The notes under the pieces are model-generated. The model was not told where the DNA came from. It ran no database searches and saw only the letters and a list, made by a program, of their open reading frames with translations. The position numbers and the translations under genes were made by a program. Below are positions 18,660-26,366 of a DNA stretch of 64,000 nt, one piece after another; the first letter of the stretch is position 1; each line of letters starts with the position of its first letter. The stretch is from Bdellovibrionales bacterium (lineage in GTDB: Bacteria > Pseudomonadota > Alphaproteobacteria > Micavibrionales > UBA2020): assembly GCA_038247245.1 (NCBI GenBank), contig JBBRVE010000004.1, positions 22,485-86,484 on the forward strand, read 5' to 3'.

Positions 18660-19616
18660 ATGCAGTTACAGAAACACCAAACCACAGAATCAAAGCCCGC
18701 AAAAACCCCCGATCTCCATGGCAATTTCATCCGCTCCGTCGGTTGCACCGTCCGCAGCTATAAACTGGGTGACCTGCTTGTAAATAGCGGGCTGATCACG
18801 AAATGCCAGCTGGAGAAAGCGCTTCAACATCAAAAAGACACCGGCATCCGCCTCGGCAAGGTGCTGGTTGAACAAGGTTCTCTCTCGGCTGTGCAGCTTT
18901 ACCGCAAGCTGGCCGAACAGTGGTGCATCAAGGCATCGACCGCCGGCATGGCGTTGATGATGCAGGTTGTCACGCCCACTGCCGCAAGCGCGGATCAAGG
19001 TTCAGGACAAAACGTGCGTATGGCCGCCGCCTTCACGACCGCCGCCGTCCGCCCCGCCGTGACGCCCCATGTCGCGCCCGGACTGTTCGGCACGTCCGAA
19101 GTAAAATCAAACGGCGTTGCGATGTTCCCGAAATGGACATCGGTCATGTCGCGTTTTGACAGCCAGATGAAGACGCAAGGCAACAGCAAGACCGTCCGCA
19201 CCTGGAAAGCACAGCTGGAAGGCCTGAAGGGCATGTCCCGCGAACAGCAGATCAAGGAAGTCAACCAGTACATGAACAGCGTGCGCTACGTGGAAGACAG
19301 CCGCAACTACGGCAAGTCCGACCAGTGGTCCACCCCGATCGAGTTCCTGAACAATGGCGGCGATTGCGAAGATTACGCGATTGCGAAATATGCGTCACTC
19401 CGCGCGCTCGGCTTTTCGGCAGACCAGATGCGCGTAGCAATCGTACAGGACAAGATCAAGAACGTGCCCCATGCCATCCTGATCGTGTATGACGGCGGCC
19501 ACACCTATGTGCTCGACAATCAGGACAAATCGACCCGCATGGCCGAAAACGTCAGCCGCTATAAACCCATCTTCTCGCTGAATAGCGACAGCTGGTGGTT
19601 GCATAAACGCGCATAA
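18660..19616 (+). CDS. MshEN-like (c-di-GMP-binding motif) - membrane/signal segment - BTLCP (LapG-type transglutaminase-like cysteine proteinase) fusion protein
   Basis: aa 35-87 read KLGDLLVNSGLITKCQLEKALQHQ-KDTGI-RLGKVLVEQGSLSAVQLYRKLAEQ. Hydrophobic GMALMMQVVTPTAASA. C-terminal GGDCEDYA / NVPHAILIVY / YVLDNQ give a Cys-His-Asp triad. Confidence 0.75.
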   Translation: MQLQKHQTTESKPAKTPDLHGNFIRSVGCTVRSYKLGDLLVNSGLITKCQLEKALQHQKDTGIRLGKVLVEQGSLSAVQLYRKLAEQWCIKASTAGMALMMQVVTPTAASADQGSGQNVRMAAAFTTAAVRPAVTPHVAPGLFGTSEVKSNGVAMFPKWTSVMSRFDSQMKTQGNSKTVRTWKAQLEGLKGMSREQQIKEVNQYMNSVRYVEDSRNYGKSDQWSTPIEFLNNGGDCEDYAIAKYASLRALGFSADQMRVAIVQDKIKNVPHAILIVYDGGHTYVLDNQDKSTRMAENVSRYKPIFSLNSDSWWLHKRA

Positions 19617-19642
19617 ACATACTTCTCATAAATTCTTCGAAA

Positions 19643-19671
19643 GGGCGGCGTAAGTTTACGGCCGCCCTTTT
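19643..19671 (+). terminator. Intrinsic terminator after the BTLCP gene
   Basis: GGGCGGC-(11 nt)-GCCGCCC followed by tttt. Confidence 0.6.
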
Positions 19672-19708
19672 CGTTTCATAGGCATCGGGTCATATACAGG
19701 GAGTTATC

Positions 19709-20146
19709 ATGAAAAAATTCTTCGCGGCGACCGCCGTCGTCCTTGCGCTGTCACTGGCAGCGCAGCTGGACGCGATGGCCGAACAGGCTGCCAGCCAGCA
19801 GCAGGGCGCATCCGGCCAGCAACAGGGCCATCGCGGCCCGCCTCCGCAAAGGCAGCAGGGCAGCACGGATAGCGCGTCAGGTGGTGGCGAACAGCGCGAA
19901 CGCCCGCCACATGACGGCAAATGTCCGCCGCCTCCGCCGCCACCAGACGGCAAGGAAGGTGGCCCACCCCCGGGTCCTCCTCCCGGGCCCCCGCCGGACG
20001 GCAAGCAGGGCGAGCACCCTCCCTGCCCGCCGCCACCGCCCCGTGATGGTCATGGTGGCCCCCCGCCGGACGGCGGAAACGGCGGTCCTCCGCCAGATGG
20101 AAACCGCGGCCCTCCCCCGCAAAACGGAGGCGAAAAGGCCAAATAA
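19709..20146 (+). CDS. Secreted Gly/Pro-rich repeat protein (GPPPDG repeats, two Cys, several His)
   Basis: Good SD (cagGGAGttatcATG). Signal peptide MKKFFAATAVVLALSLAAQLDAMA. Repeats ...DGKCPPPPPPPDGKEGGPPPGPPPGPPPDGKQGEHPPCPPPPPRDGHGGPPPDGGNGGPPPDGNRGPPPQ. Confidence 0.65.
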   Translation: MKKFFAATAVVLALSLAAQLDAMAEQAASQQQGASGQQQGHRGPPPQRQQGSTDSASGGGEQRERPPHDGKCPPPPPPPDGKEGGPPPGPPPGPPPDGKQGEHPPCPPPPPRDGHGGPPPDGGNGGPPPDGNRGPPPQNGGEKAK

Positions 20147-20164
20147 CGAGACCTTTTACCAAGA

Positions 20165-20202
20165 GAAGCCCGCCGCAGTCCCCGGCGGGCTTCTTTCTTT
20201 TG
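20165..20202 (+). terminator. Intrinsic terminator
   Basis: GAAGCCCGCC-(9 nt)-GGCGGGCTTC followed by tttctttt. Confidence 0.7.
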
Positions 20203-20296
20203 CAAATAGGGCATAATCGCCTAAAATCTTTCGTAAGTTTAGACCCCGCCCGCCCGTTAAAGGGATATTGCGGCATATTGCATCCGGAAGGCCCGC

Positions 20297-20857
20297 TTGG
20301 AACCAGCATCGGATACAGACCACGCGCTGATGCTGCGTATCGCGCAGCAAGATGCGGGCGCCTACCGGTTGCTGGTGGCGCGGCACCTGAATTTCTGCGT
20401 GCGGTTTGGCGAGCGCATGCTGGGCAGCCGCGCCGATGCCGAGGATGTGGCGCAGGAAGTCTGCCTGCGCATATGGAATGACGCCGGCAAATGGCGGCCG
20501 GAGGCGAAGTTCACCACCTGGCTTTATCGCGTGATGACCAATGCCTGTATCGACCACAAAAGAAAAAGACGCATGTTGCCGCTGGGCGACAACGACACGA
20601 CACCCGATACAGGTCCGGGGCCGGAAATTTCGCTGCAGCAGCAGCAACGGTCACGGCAGGTGCAGGCGGCACTGGGAAGATTGCCGCCGCGCCAGCGCGC
20701 TGCCATCGTGCTGAGTTACTACGAAGAACTCGGCAACGAACAGGCGGCAGCCGCAACAGGCCTGACGCTGAATGCGTTCCAGCAACTACTGTACCGCGCG
20801 CGCCAGAGCCTGAAAGACGAGCTGATGGAGAGGGAGAGCAAAGATGGACAAGATTGA
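20297..20857 (+). CDS. ECF-type RNA polymerase sigma factor
   Basis: Region 2 DAEDVAQEVCLRIW...TWLYRVMTNACIDHKRKRR. Region 4 LPPRQRAAIVLSYYEELGNEQAAAATGLTLNAFQQLLYRARQSL. TTG start at 20297; the ATG at 20330 is an alternative. Confidence 0.85.
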   Translation: MEPASDTDHALMLRIAQQDAGAYRLLVARHLNFCVRFGERMLGSRADAEDVAQEVCLRIWNDAGKWRPEAKFTTWLYRVMTNACIDHKRKRRMLPLGDNDTTPDTGPGPEISLQQQQRSRQVQAALGRLPPRQRAAIVLSYYEELGNEQAAAATGLTLNAFQQLLYRARQSLKDELMERESKDGQD

Positions 20858-21110
20858 TGAGTTTTTAGGCGCGTATGCCGTGCGCGACGCCGACCGCGAA
20901 CTTCTGGAACGCATCATCACCGCTGCTGCAGCGCAGCCGCGCCCGGCGCGCCGCCATATTTTTGCGCAGGCGGCTATGTTTGCCGCCGTCGCTGTGACGG
21001 GTTTCTGGCTGGGCAACGCGACGCCCGCCCCGCAAACCGCAACAACCCAGAGCAATTTCATGGATAACGTCATTCTTGGCCCCGACAGCGTGGCCGAGAT
21101 GCAGATGTAG
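20844..21110 (+). CDS. Putative anti-sigma factor (small, single TM)
   Basis: Overlaps the sigma gene by 14 nt. 88 aa with a central TM (IFAQAAMFAAVAVTGFWLG). Called from position and architecture only. Confidence 0.5.
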   Translation: MDKIDEFLGAYAVRDADRELLERIITAAAAQPRPARRHIFAQAAMFAAVAVTGFWLGNATPAPQTATTQSNFMDNVILGPDSVAEMQM

Positions 21111-21122
21111 GAGAAACCCTTG

Positions 21123-21770
21123 ATGAACAACAAAGCCCTGCTTGCCTCCGTCGCGCTCAACGTGTTTCTGGCAGCCTTTATGCTGGGGCGCATGTCGGTG
21201 CTGCCGGGTGGCGCGAACGTGACGGCGATGGTGAAAAACGATACGCGCAACGGCCCGCCCCCGCCGCCCATGTTCGGCCCGCAGGAATTATTCGGCGACG
21301 ACGGCATGAAGGACAATTTCAAGGACGTGCAGGCGCATTTTGAAAAGGTGCAGGTGCTGCGGCAGCAATTCGCGCAGGCGCTGATGAATGGCAAAGTCAC
21401 CGAAGAACAGGCGGCGCAGCACCTGACCGCCATCGACGCCGAAATGGACGGCGTGAAAAAATCCGTGCAGGAGAAAGCGGCTAAAAAAATCGCCGATATG
21501 CCCGACGACAAACGCATCGCCTTTGCCAAACGCCTGATGGAAAAAGCCCCGCCGCCGCCAGATGGCCGCAACGGCCCCGCCGGTTTTGGTGGCCCGCCGC
21601 CAGACGGACATCGCGGCCCACCCCCTGATATGCAACGCGGCCCCGATGATAACTTCCGCGGGCCACCCCCTGACCATGATCGCGGTCAGCCGGAAAATAC
21701 TGATCGCGGCCCGCCGCCGCAGGCCGGCCAAATCCCCGGGGATTTCGATCTGGGAACACCGCCACAATAA
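21123..21770 (+). CDS. Periplasmic Spy/CpxP-like (heavy-metal-sensor-like) protein with a GPPPD-repeat tail
   Basis: AGGAGA SD 8 nt upstream of the ATG at 21123. N-terminal anchor/signal. Helical LTxxQ-like segment (KVTEEQAAQHLTAIDAEM). Tail APPPPDGRNGPAGFGGPPPDGHRGPPPDMQRGPDDNFRGPPPDHDRGQPENTDRGPPPQ. Confidence 0.55.
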   Translation: MNNKALLASVALNVFLAAFMLGRMSVLPGGANVTAMVKNDTRNGPPPPPMFGPQELFGDDGMKDNFKDVQAHFEKVQVLRQQFAQALMNGKVTEEQAAQHLTAIDAEMDGVKKSVQEKAAKKIADMPDDKRIAFAKRLMEKAPPPPDGRNGPAGFGGPPPDGHRGPPPDMQRGPDDNFRGPPPDHDRGQPENTDRGPPPQAGQIPGDFDLGTPPQ

Positions 21771-21838
21771 AAACGCACCCCGCACGCATCCGATGAAAAT
21801 CGGGATGCGCGCTAGAGTGCGAAAGAAACTTTACTGGA

Positions 21839-22348
21839 TTATTTATGCGCCGAAATAATACCGCAAGCGACGCGTTCGCCTGAATCACCGGACGGGTCTG
21901 TTTTGTAATCATCCGGCTTGGCATGGATCATCAGCGCCGATCCGTCGGCATCATGCAACGCCGCCATGTCCATCGTGGTCGTATAAAATTCCGCAGCCCC
22001 GGTGCCATCCGCCGCCACGAACAAATTCGGCAGGTCGCCGTCATGCGGCCCTTCCGCGTTCATGAAGCCATGCTTTTGTCCCGCTGCCGCCGCATGGCTG
22101 CCCGCACCCTTGAACCCGTCATCATGCGTGCAATGCCCCATCGCATGGAAATGCACGCCGTGCCAGCCGGGCGTCAGCCCTTTCGCCTCGACCTTCACCA
22201 GCAAGCCCTTGGTCGCTTCCGTGAATGTCGCAACGCCCGCATCAGCACCCTTCGCATCCTCGAGCTTCACCGTCACAGGCGCTTCCGCCGCCAACGCAGG
22301 CGCAGACAAGGCAAGAATGATAGCGGTCAGGGCTAGGAATTTTTTCAT
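21839..22348 (-). CDS. sodC: Periplasmic Cu,Zn superoxide dismutase
   Basis: Signal peptide. GWHGVHFHAMGHC, GPHDGDLPNLFV and HAKPDDYKTDPSGDSGERVACGII. Confidence 0.9.
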   Translation of the reverse strand: MKKFLALTAIILALSAPALAAEAPVTVKLEDAKGADAGVATFTEATKGLLVKVEAKGLTPGWHGVHFHAMGHCTHDDGFKGAGSHAAAAGQKHGFMNAEGPHDGDLPNLFVAADGTGAAEFYTTTMDMAALHDADGSALMIHAKPDDYKTDPSGDSGERVACGIISAHK

Positions 22349-22431
22349 GTGACGCTCCGGTTGATTTTATGAAGGGCAAAGTTTCAGCGTGGCCGAAAGT
22401 TCCGCTTCAGAACAATGGCGCGCGGAATGAA

Positions 22432-22734
22432 TTAGAAGTTGTCGGAGAGATAGCAAGGCGTGCAGCGCACGGGTTGCTGGTTTTCGAATTCGACCAGCAT
22501 CAGCACGCCGCGCTGGCGGGCGGTGTCGAGGATGCCCTGGCTGACGTCTTCGAAGATCGCGTAATGCGCTTCGGTGCCGGCGACGATGCGGTTTTCCTGG
22601 ATGGTGAACCAGAACGGGCCTTCTTCGGGGTTGCCGTCGAGGGAGGCGTGTTTATAGAAGAAGAAAGCGAGCGCGTTGCGCCCGTTCTTGAAAACTTCGT
22701 ACTCGGTCACGACGGATTTATCGGCCTGAGCCAT
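22432..22734 (-). CDS. Hypothetical protein (100 aa)
   Basis: Natural amino-acid composition, unlike the overlapping plus-strand ORF. No motif recognised. Confidence 0.5.
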   Translation of the reverse strand: MAQADKSVVTEYEVFKNGRNALAFFFYKHASLDGNPEEGPFWFTIQENRIVAGTEAHYAIFEDVSQGILDTARQRGVLMLVEFENQQPVRCTPCYLSDNF

Positions 22735-22769
22735 GGTAAGCGCCCCTTAGAAACTCCCCCGGACGAGGA

Positions 22770-22943
22770 TCAGCGCGTAGGATCGATGCTGTCGGCGGCG
22801 TTCATGCCTTTCGGCTTGGCGGCTGCTTCCTGCGTACGGTTAAGGGCCATGGTGGGGTTGGTTTCAAGATACGAAAACGCAATCTCCTGCGCATCCGCTC
22901 CTGTTTTCGCTCCGACCGCTGCACTGCTTAACAGATTGGACAT
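22770..22943 (-). CDS. Small hypothetical protein (57 aa, below the ORF-track cutoff)
   Basis: Hand translation: MSNLLSSAAVGAKTGADAQEIAFSYLETNPTMALNRTQEAAAKPKGMNAADSIDPTR. GGAAGGAG SD upstream of the ATG at 22943. Ends 35 nt before the next gene on the same strand. Confidence 0.35.
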   Translation of the reverse strand: MSNLLSSAAVGAKTGADAQEIAFSYLETNPTMALNRTQEAAAKPKGMNAADSIDPTR

Positions 22944-23061
22944 CCCTTTGCGCTCCTTCCGGTATTTCTAGCCTATGCGACTATTAAACCTTAATAAAGT
23001 TAATTTTGAGTTTACATAGGCGCGGGATTCCGCGCATGGGAAAACAGGTCGTAACCGTCTG

Positions 23062-23601
23062 TTATAACGTAGGATTTTTGGGGTGACGCGGGGTGTCGTC
23101 GAGCGGGCCGGTCAAGGGGCCGGTGACGAGGCCATTTTGCGGCCCGTTTTGGGCGCAGTTTTCGCGCAGCTGCAGCAGTTCTTTTTTCACGGCGGCAAGT
23201 TCGGTGCGCAGCTGGTCGGCCTCGTAATCCTTGTCCATGAATTTGAGGCGCGAGACATAGGTCTGGCCGTTTTCCGACGGCACGGCGGCGGCGAAATTCC
23301 AGCCGCTGTCTTTCAGCAGGCGGAACATTTCCGTTTTACCGTCATGCACGACGGAGCGCAGGTAACCGGTATCGAGCGTGCGTGAACCCGGCGCCTCGAT
23401 CAGCAGGCGCGCCATGCGCACCTGATTGTTGGATACGGCCTTGGCCAGCGCCGCATCAAAAACCGCGGGCGGCGCCTCGATGTCTTTTTGCAGCAAGATG
23501 CGCAACGCCTCGATATTGCCTTCCTTGACCGCTGTCACCAGTTGCGATTTGTATTCGGTGATGGGGTCGTCTTTGCCGCCGAAGAATGTGCGAATGCTCA
23601 T
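23062..23601 (-). CDS. Ankyrin-like repeat protein with a C-terminal coiled-coil
   Basis: LVTAVKEGNIEALRILLQKDI...ALAKAVSNNQVRMARLLIEAPG...VVHDGKTEMFRLLKDSGWN are degenerate ANK-like helices, followed by DQLRTELAAVKKELLQLRE. Overlaps the upstream gene by 4 nt. Confidence 0.5.
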   Translation of the reverse strand: MSIRTFFGGKDDPITEYKSQLVTAVKEGNIEALRILLQKDIEAPPAVFDAALAKAVSNNQVRMARLLIEAPGSRTLDTGYLRSVVHDGKTEMFRLLKDSGWNFAAAVPSENGQTYVSRLKFMDKDYEADQLRTELAAVKKELLQLRENCAQNGPQNGLVTGPLTGPLDDTPRHPKNPTL

Positions 23602-24191
23602 GGCTTTTCTCCGGGTGCTTTGAGCTTTGGTTTGTAAACCGTTTTGCCATGCAGGGCTTCGTCGACGCTGCGTTTCAGCTGCTCCACATTGTCCAGCACC
23701 TGCTGCTGCAAACGCACCGCTTCGATGGGGGCTACCTTTTCGAGATAGATTTTCTCGTATTCCTTCAGCGCCTTCACAATCGCGCTGATCGCCTTGTAAC
23801 GGCGCTCGGCATCTTTGGATTTGTAGGTATAGCTGTGGCGTTCGTAATAATCGTCATAGCGCTCTTTGCGCGGGATGGCCTTCTGTTCGGCCTCCAGCGC
23901 GTCGATGGCGTAGGAAACATCTGCGCCGCGCGTCAGCAGCTTGCGCAAGAACAGGTTGTTTTTTGCCGTTGCAGCATGTTCCAGCGGCTTGCCGTTATCG
24001 GCATTCACATTCGCGCCGTTCTTGATTGCCTTGTCGAACATCGTGTCGTCATTGGCGGCAATCGCGCCCAGCAGCAGCGTATTGGCTTCGTGTAGTTTTG
24101 CGGCATCCACTTGCTTCTGCGCCTCCGCTTCTGCGGCGGAAACGACATCGTGAAAAATGCTCGCTAATGTGGGCTGTTTGCCGTCGGCCAT
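23598..24191 (-). CDS. Ankyrin-repeat protein
   Basis: LLLGAIAANDDTMFDKAIKNGANVNADNGKPLEHAATAKNNLFLRKLLTRGADV (ANK repeats). C-terminal tail ALHGKTVYKPKLKAPGEKP. Confidence 0.65.
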   Translation of the reverse strand: MADGKQPTLASIFHDVVSAAEAEAQKQVDAAKLHEANTLLLGAIAANDDTMFDKAIKNGANVNADNGKPLEHAATAKNNLFLRKLLTRGADVSYAIDALEAEQKAIPRKERYDDYYERHSYTYKSKDAERRYKAISAIVKALKEYEKIYLEKVAPIEAVRLQQQVLDNVEQLKRSVDEALHGKTVYKPKLKAPGEKP

Positions 24192-24262
24192 AGGTATTTA
24201 GAATCTCCGCTGGTTTGACGCATATGTTTACGACAAATAGCAGCATTCTGTCAATACGGAGT

Positions 24263-24886
24263 TTAAGGCTTAGGTGCCTGATTACGCTTGGTTTTCGGCA
24301 ATGCTAGCTTGAACTGGTTACGCTCGTTCTTCTGGTGGATGTGGAACATGGCGGTATGGACGATGCTTTCCATCGGCTGGTCGGCATTGATGAGGTGCCA
24401 GTTGAGCTGGCGGAATGCTTTCGGTTGGTTCTGCGTGATCTGGCGGCGCAGGACTTTTTTATCGGCATCGGATGCGCTGTCCTTGCGCTTGCTAACGCGG
24501 TCGAACAAAACGGAAGCAGATGCATGCAGATAAATGCCGATAAAATCTCCCCCGTTTTTATGCGCGAGCGCTTCCTGATTGGCGCGCGAAGTAGTGTCGA
24601 GGAAGGAGCCGGAAACAATGACGCTCTTGCCGGAGCGCAGTAAACGCTCGGCTTCGGCGTGAATGTGCTTGATGAAATTCTGGATATTTTCGGGCGTGTA
24701 GGCGCTGTCAGGCAGCGGGGTTTTCGGATCGACGCCGTACATTTTTTTATGCACGACATCGGAATCCATCACGACGACGCCCGGCATTTTTTTACCAAGT
24801 TCTTCCGCCAGCGTCGTCTTGCCGCTGCCGGACATGCCGCCGATTGCGATCATCACGGGCACTTTGCGGTGCACGAGCGATGTCAT
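24263..24886 (-). CDS. P-loop kinase-like ATPase
   Basis: Walker A IAIGGMSGSGKTTLAEEL with a DSD shortly after. Size and layout of small-molecule/nucleotide kinase-like ATPases. Start taken at Met16 (ATG at 24886). Confidence 0.65.
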   Translation of the reverse strand: MTSLVHRKVPVMIAIGGMSGSGKTTLAEELGKKMPGVVVMDSDVVHKKMYGVDPKTPLPDSAYTPENIQNFIKHIHAEAERLLRSGKSVIVSGSFLDTTSRANQEALAHKNGGDFIGIYLHASASVLFDRVSKRKDSASDADKKVLRRQITQNQPKAFRQLNWHLINADQPMESIVHTAMFHIHQKNERNQFKLALPKTKRNQAPKP

Positions 24887-25103
24887 TCGGTAATGTCTTT
24901 GGAGAAAGAAGAATACACCCTGGCCCCACACCTTTTATTCTTGTTGTGAGGCAGTATATTGAGTTTTTCATAACAGGTCAAGATGAATTACAAGTATTTG
25001 TATTTAAAGGGTAATTTAAATTAGAAAAGCCCCAGTGTTACGCCCGGGGCTTTTCACTGTGCCTTGAAGGAGATCAAGGTTATTTGGTATCGGGCTTACC
25101 CTT

Positions 25104-26090
25104 TCAGGCAGCGCCCTTGAAGGCTTCTTCCTCGAACGCTTCTTCCCAACTGCCTTGGGTCGATGCTTTCGAATATTCGGTCGCGCGGTTTTCAAAGAAG
25201 TTCGCGTGTTCCGCGCCGTTCAGCATCGCGTCCATCCAGGGCAGCGGGTTTTTCTCGATGCCGAAAACGGGCGTCAAACCCAGCTGCGTCAGGCGGCGGT
25301 CGCCGATGTAGCGGATATAGTCTTTCACTTCCTGCGCGGTGAGGCCTTCGATTTCGCCCATGCCGAAGGCAAGGTCGATGAACGCATCTTCGTGATGGAT
25401 GATCGTCTTGCAGGCTTCCGTGATGTCGGCGCGGAGCTTGTCCGTCCACACTTCCGGGTTTTCCTGGATGAAGGTCTTGAACAGCTTGATGATCGACAGC
25501 GTGTGCAGCGTTTCATCGCGCACCGACCATGTCACGATCTGCCCCATGCCCTTCATTTTATTGAAGCGCGGGAAGTTCATGAGCATCGCGAATGACGCGA
25601 ACAGCTGCAGCCCTTCGGTAAAGCCGCCGAACACGGCCATCGTCAATGCGATGTTCGCCTTGTCATCGACGTTGAAGCCCTGCATGTAGTCGAACTTGTC
25701 CTTCATTTCCTTGTATTTCATGAAGGCCGAATATTCGACCTCGGGCATGCCGAGGGTGTCGAGCAGGTGCGAATACGCCGCGATATGGATGGTTTCGATG
25801 TTGGAAAACGCGCAGAGCATCATCTGCACTTCCGTCGGCTTGAACACCTGACTGTAATGCTTCATGTAGCAGTTGTTCACTTCGACATCGGCCTGCGTGA
25901 AGAAGCGGAAGATCTGCGTCAGCAGGTTTTTTTCCGCGGGCGTCAGTTTCTTTTTCCAGTCGCGCACGTCTTCCGCCATCGGCACTTCTTCGGGCAGCCA
26001 GTGGACGCGCTGCTGCGTCAGCCATGCTTCGTATGCCCAAGGATAGTAGAACGGTTTATAGACGTGGTTTTCTGTCAGAAGACGCGACAT
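25104..26090 (-). CDS. nrdB: Ribonucleoside-diphosphate reductase beta subunit (class I, tyrosyl-radical type)
   Basis: Iron/radical ligand blocks FSNIETIHIAAYSHLL (ExxH...Y), FTEGLQLFASFAMLMNF and VRDETLHTL. Confidence 0.92.
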   Translation of the reverse strand: MSRLLTENHVYKPFYYPWAYEAWLTQQRVHWLPEEVPMAEDVRDWKKKLTPAEKNLLTQIFRFFTQADVEVNNCYMKHYSQVFKPTEVQMMLCAFSNIETIHIAAYSHLLDTLGMPEVEYSAFMKYKEMKDKFDYMQGFNVDDKANIALTMAVFGGFTEGLQLFASFAMLMNFPRFNKMKGMGQIVTWSVRDETLHTLSIIKLFKTFIQENPEVWTDKLRADITEACKTIIHHEDAFIDLAFGMGEIEGLTAQEVKDYIRYIGDRRLTQLGLTPVFGIEKNPLPWMDAMLNGAEHANFFENRATEYSKASTQGSWEEAFEEEAFKGAA

Positions 26091-26119
26091 GGATTATTCC
26101 TTGATAAATGACGGTAGAG

Positions 26120-26287
26120 TTATTTGCCCAAAACCTGCTTGCCCTTGACCGACACGCAGACACCCTGCGGGCAGGGTTCGATCAGGTCGAGGCGGGCGAG
26201 TTTTTCGAGATGGGTGCGGGAAACGCGGTCGCAGCGGTCGGGATCGTTGACGGCGCGCAGCGTTTGCAGTTCATCTGTGTTCAGCAT
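26120..26287 (-). CDS. Small hypothetical protein (55 aa) between nrdA and nrdB
   Basis: Hand translation: MLNTDELQTLRAVNDPDRCDRVSRTHLEKLARLDLIEPCPQGVCVSVKGKQVLGK. High GC3 codon pattern. Same strand as nrdAB. Below the ORF-track cutoff. Confidence 0.35.
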   Translation of the reverse strand: MLNTDELQTLRAVNDPDRCDRVSRTHLEKLARLDLIEPCPQGVCVSVKGKQVLGK

Positions 26288-26366
26288 GTCTGTTTTCTCC
26301 GATGATAAAGCTTCACAAGTCTTCGCGTGGTGTCTTTTTTTTATCGTTATAGTCTTTGAATCTAAA

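Noticed and set aside
19690-20309. Minus-strand ORFs of 104 aa and 200 aa over the GPPPDG-repeat gene
   Set aside because: The repeat DNA (GGN/CCN-rich) lacks stops in several frames. Only the plus frame has an SD, an ATG and a canonical signal peptide.
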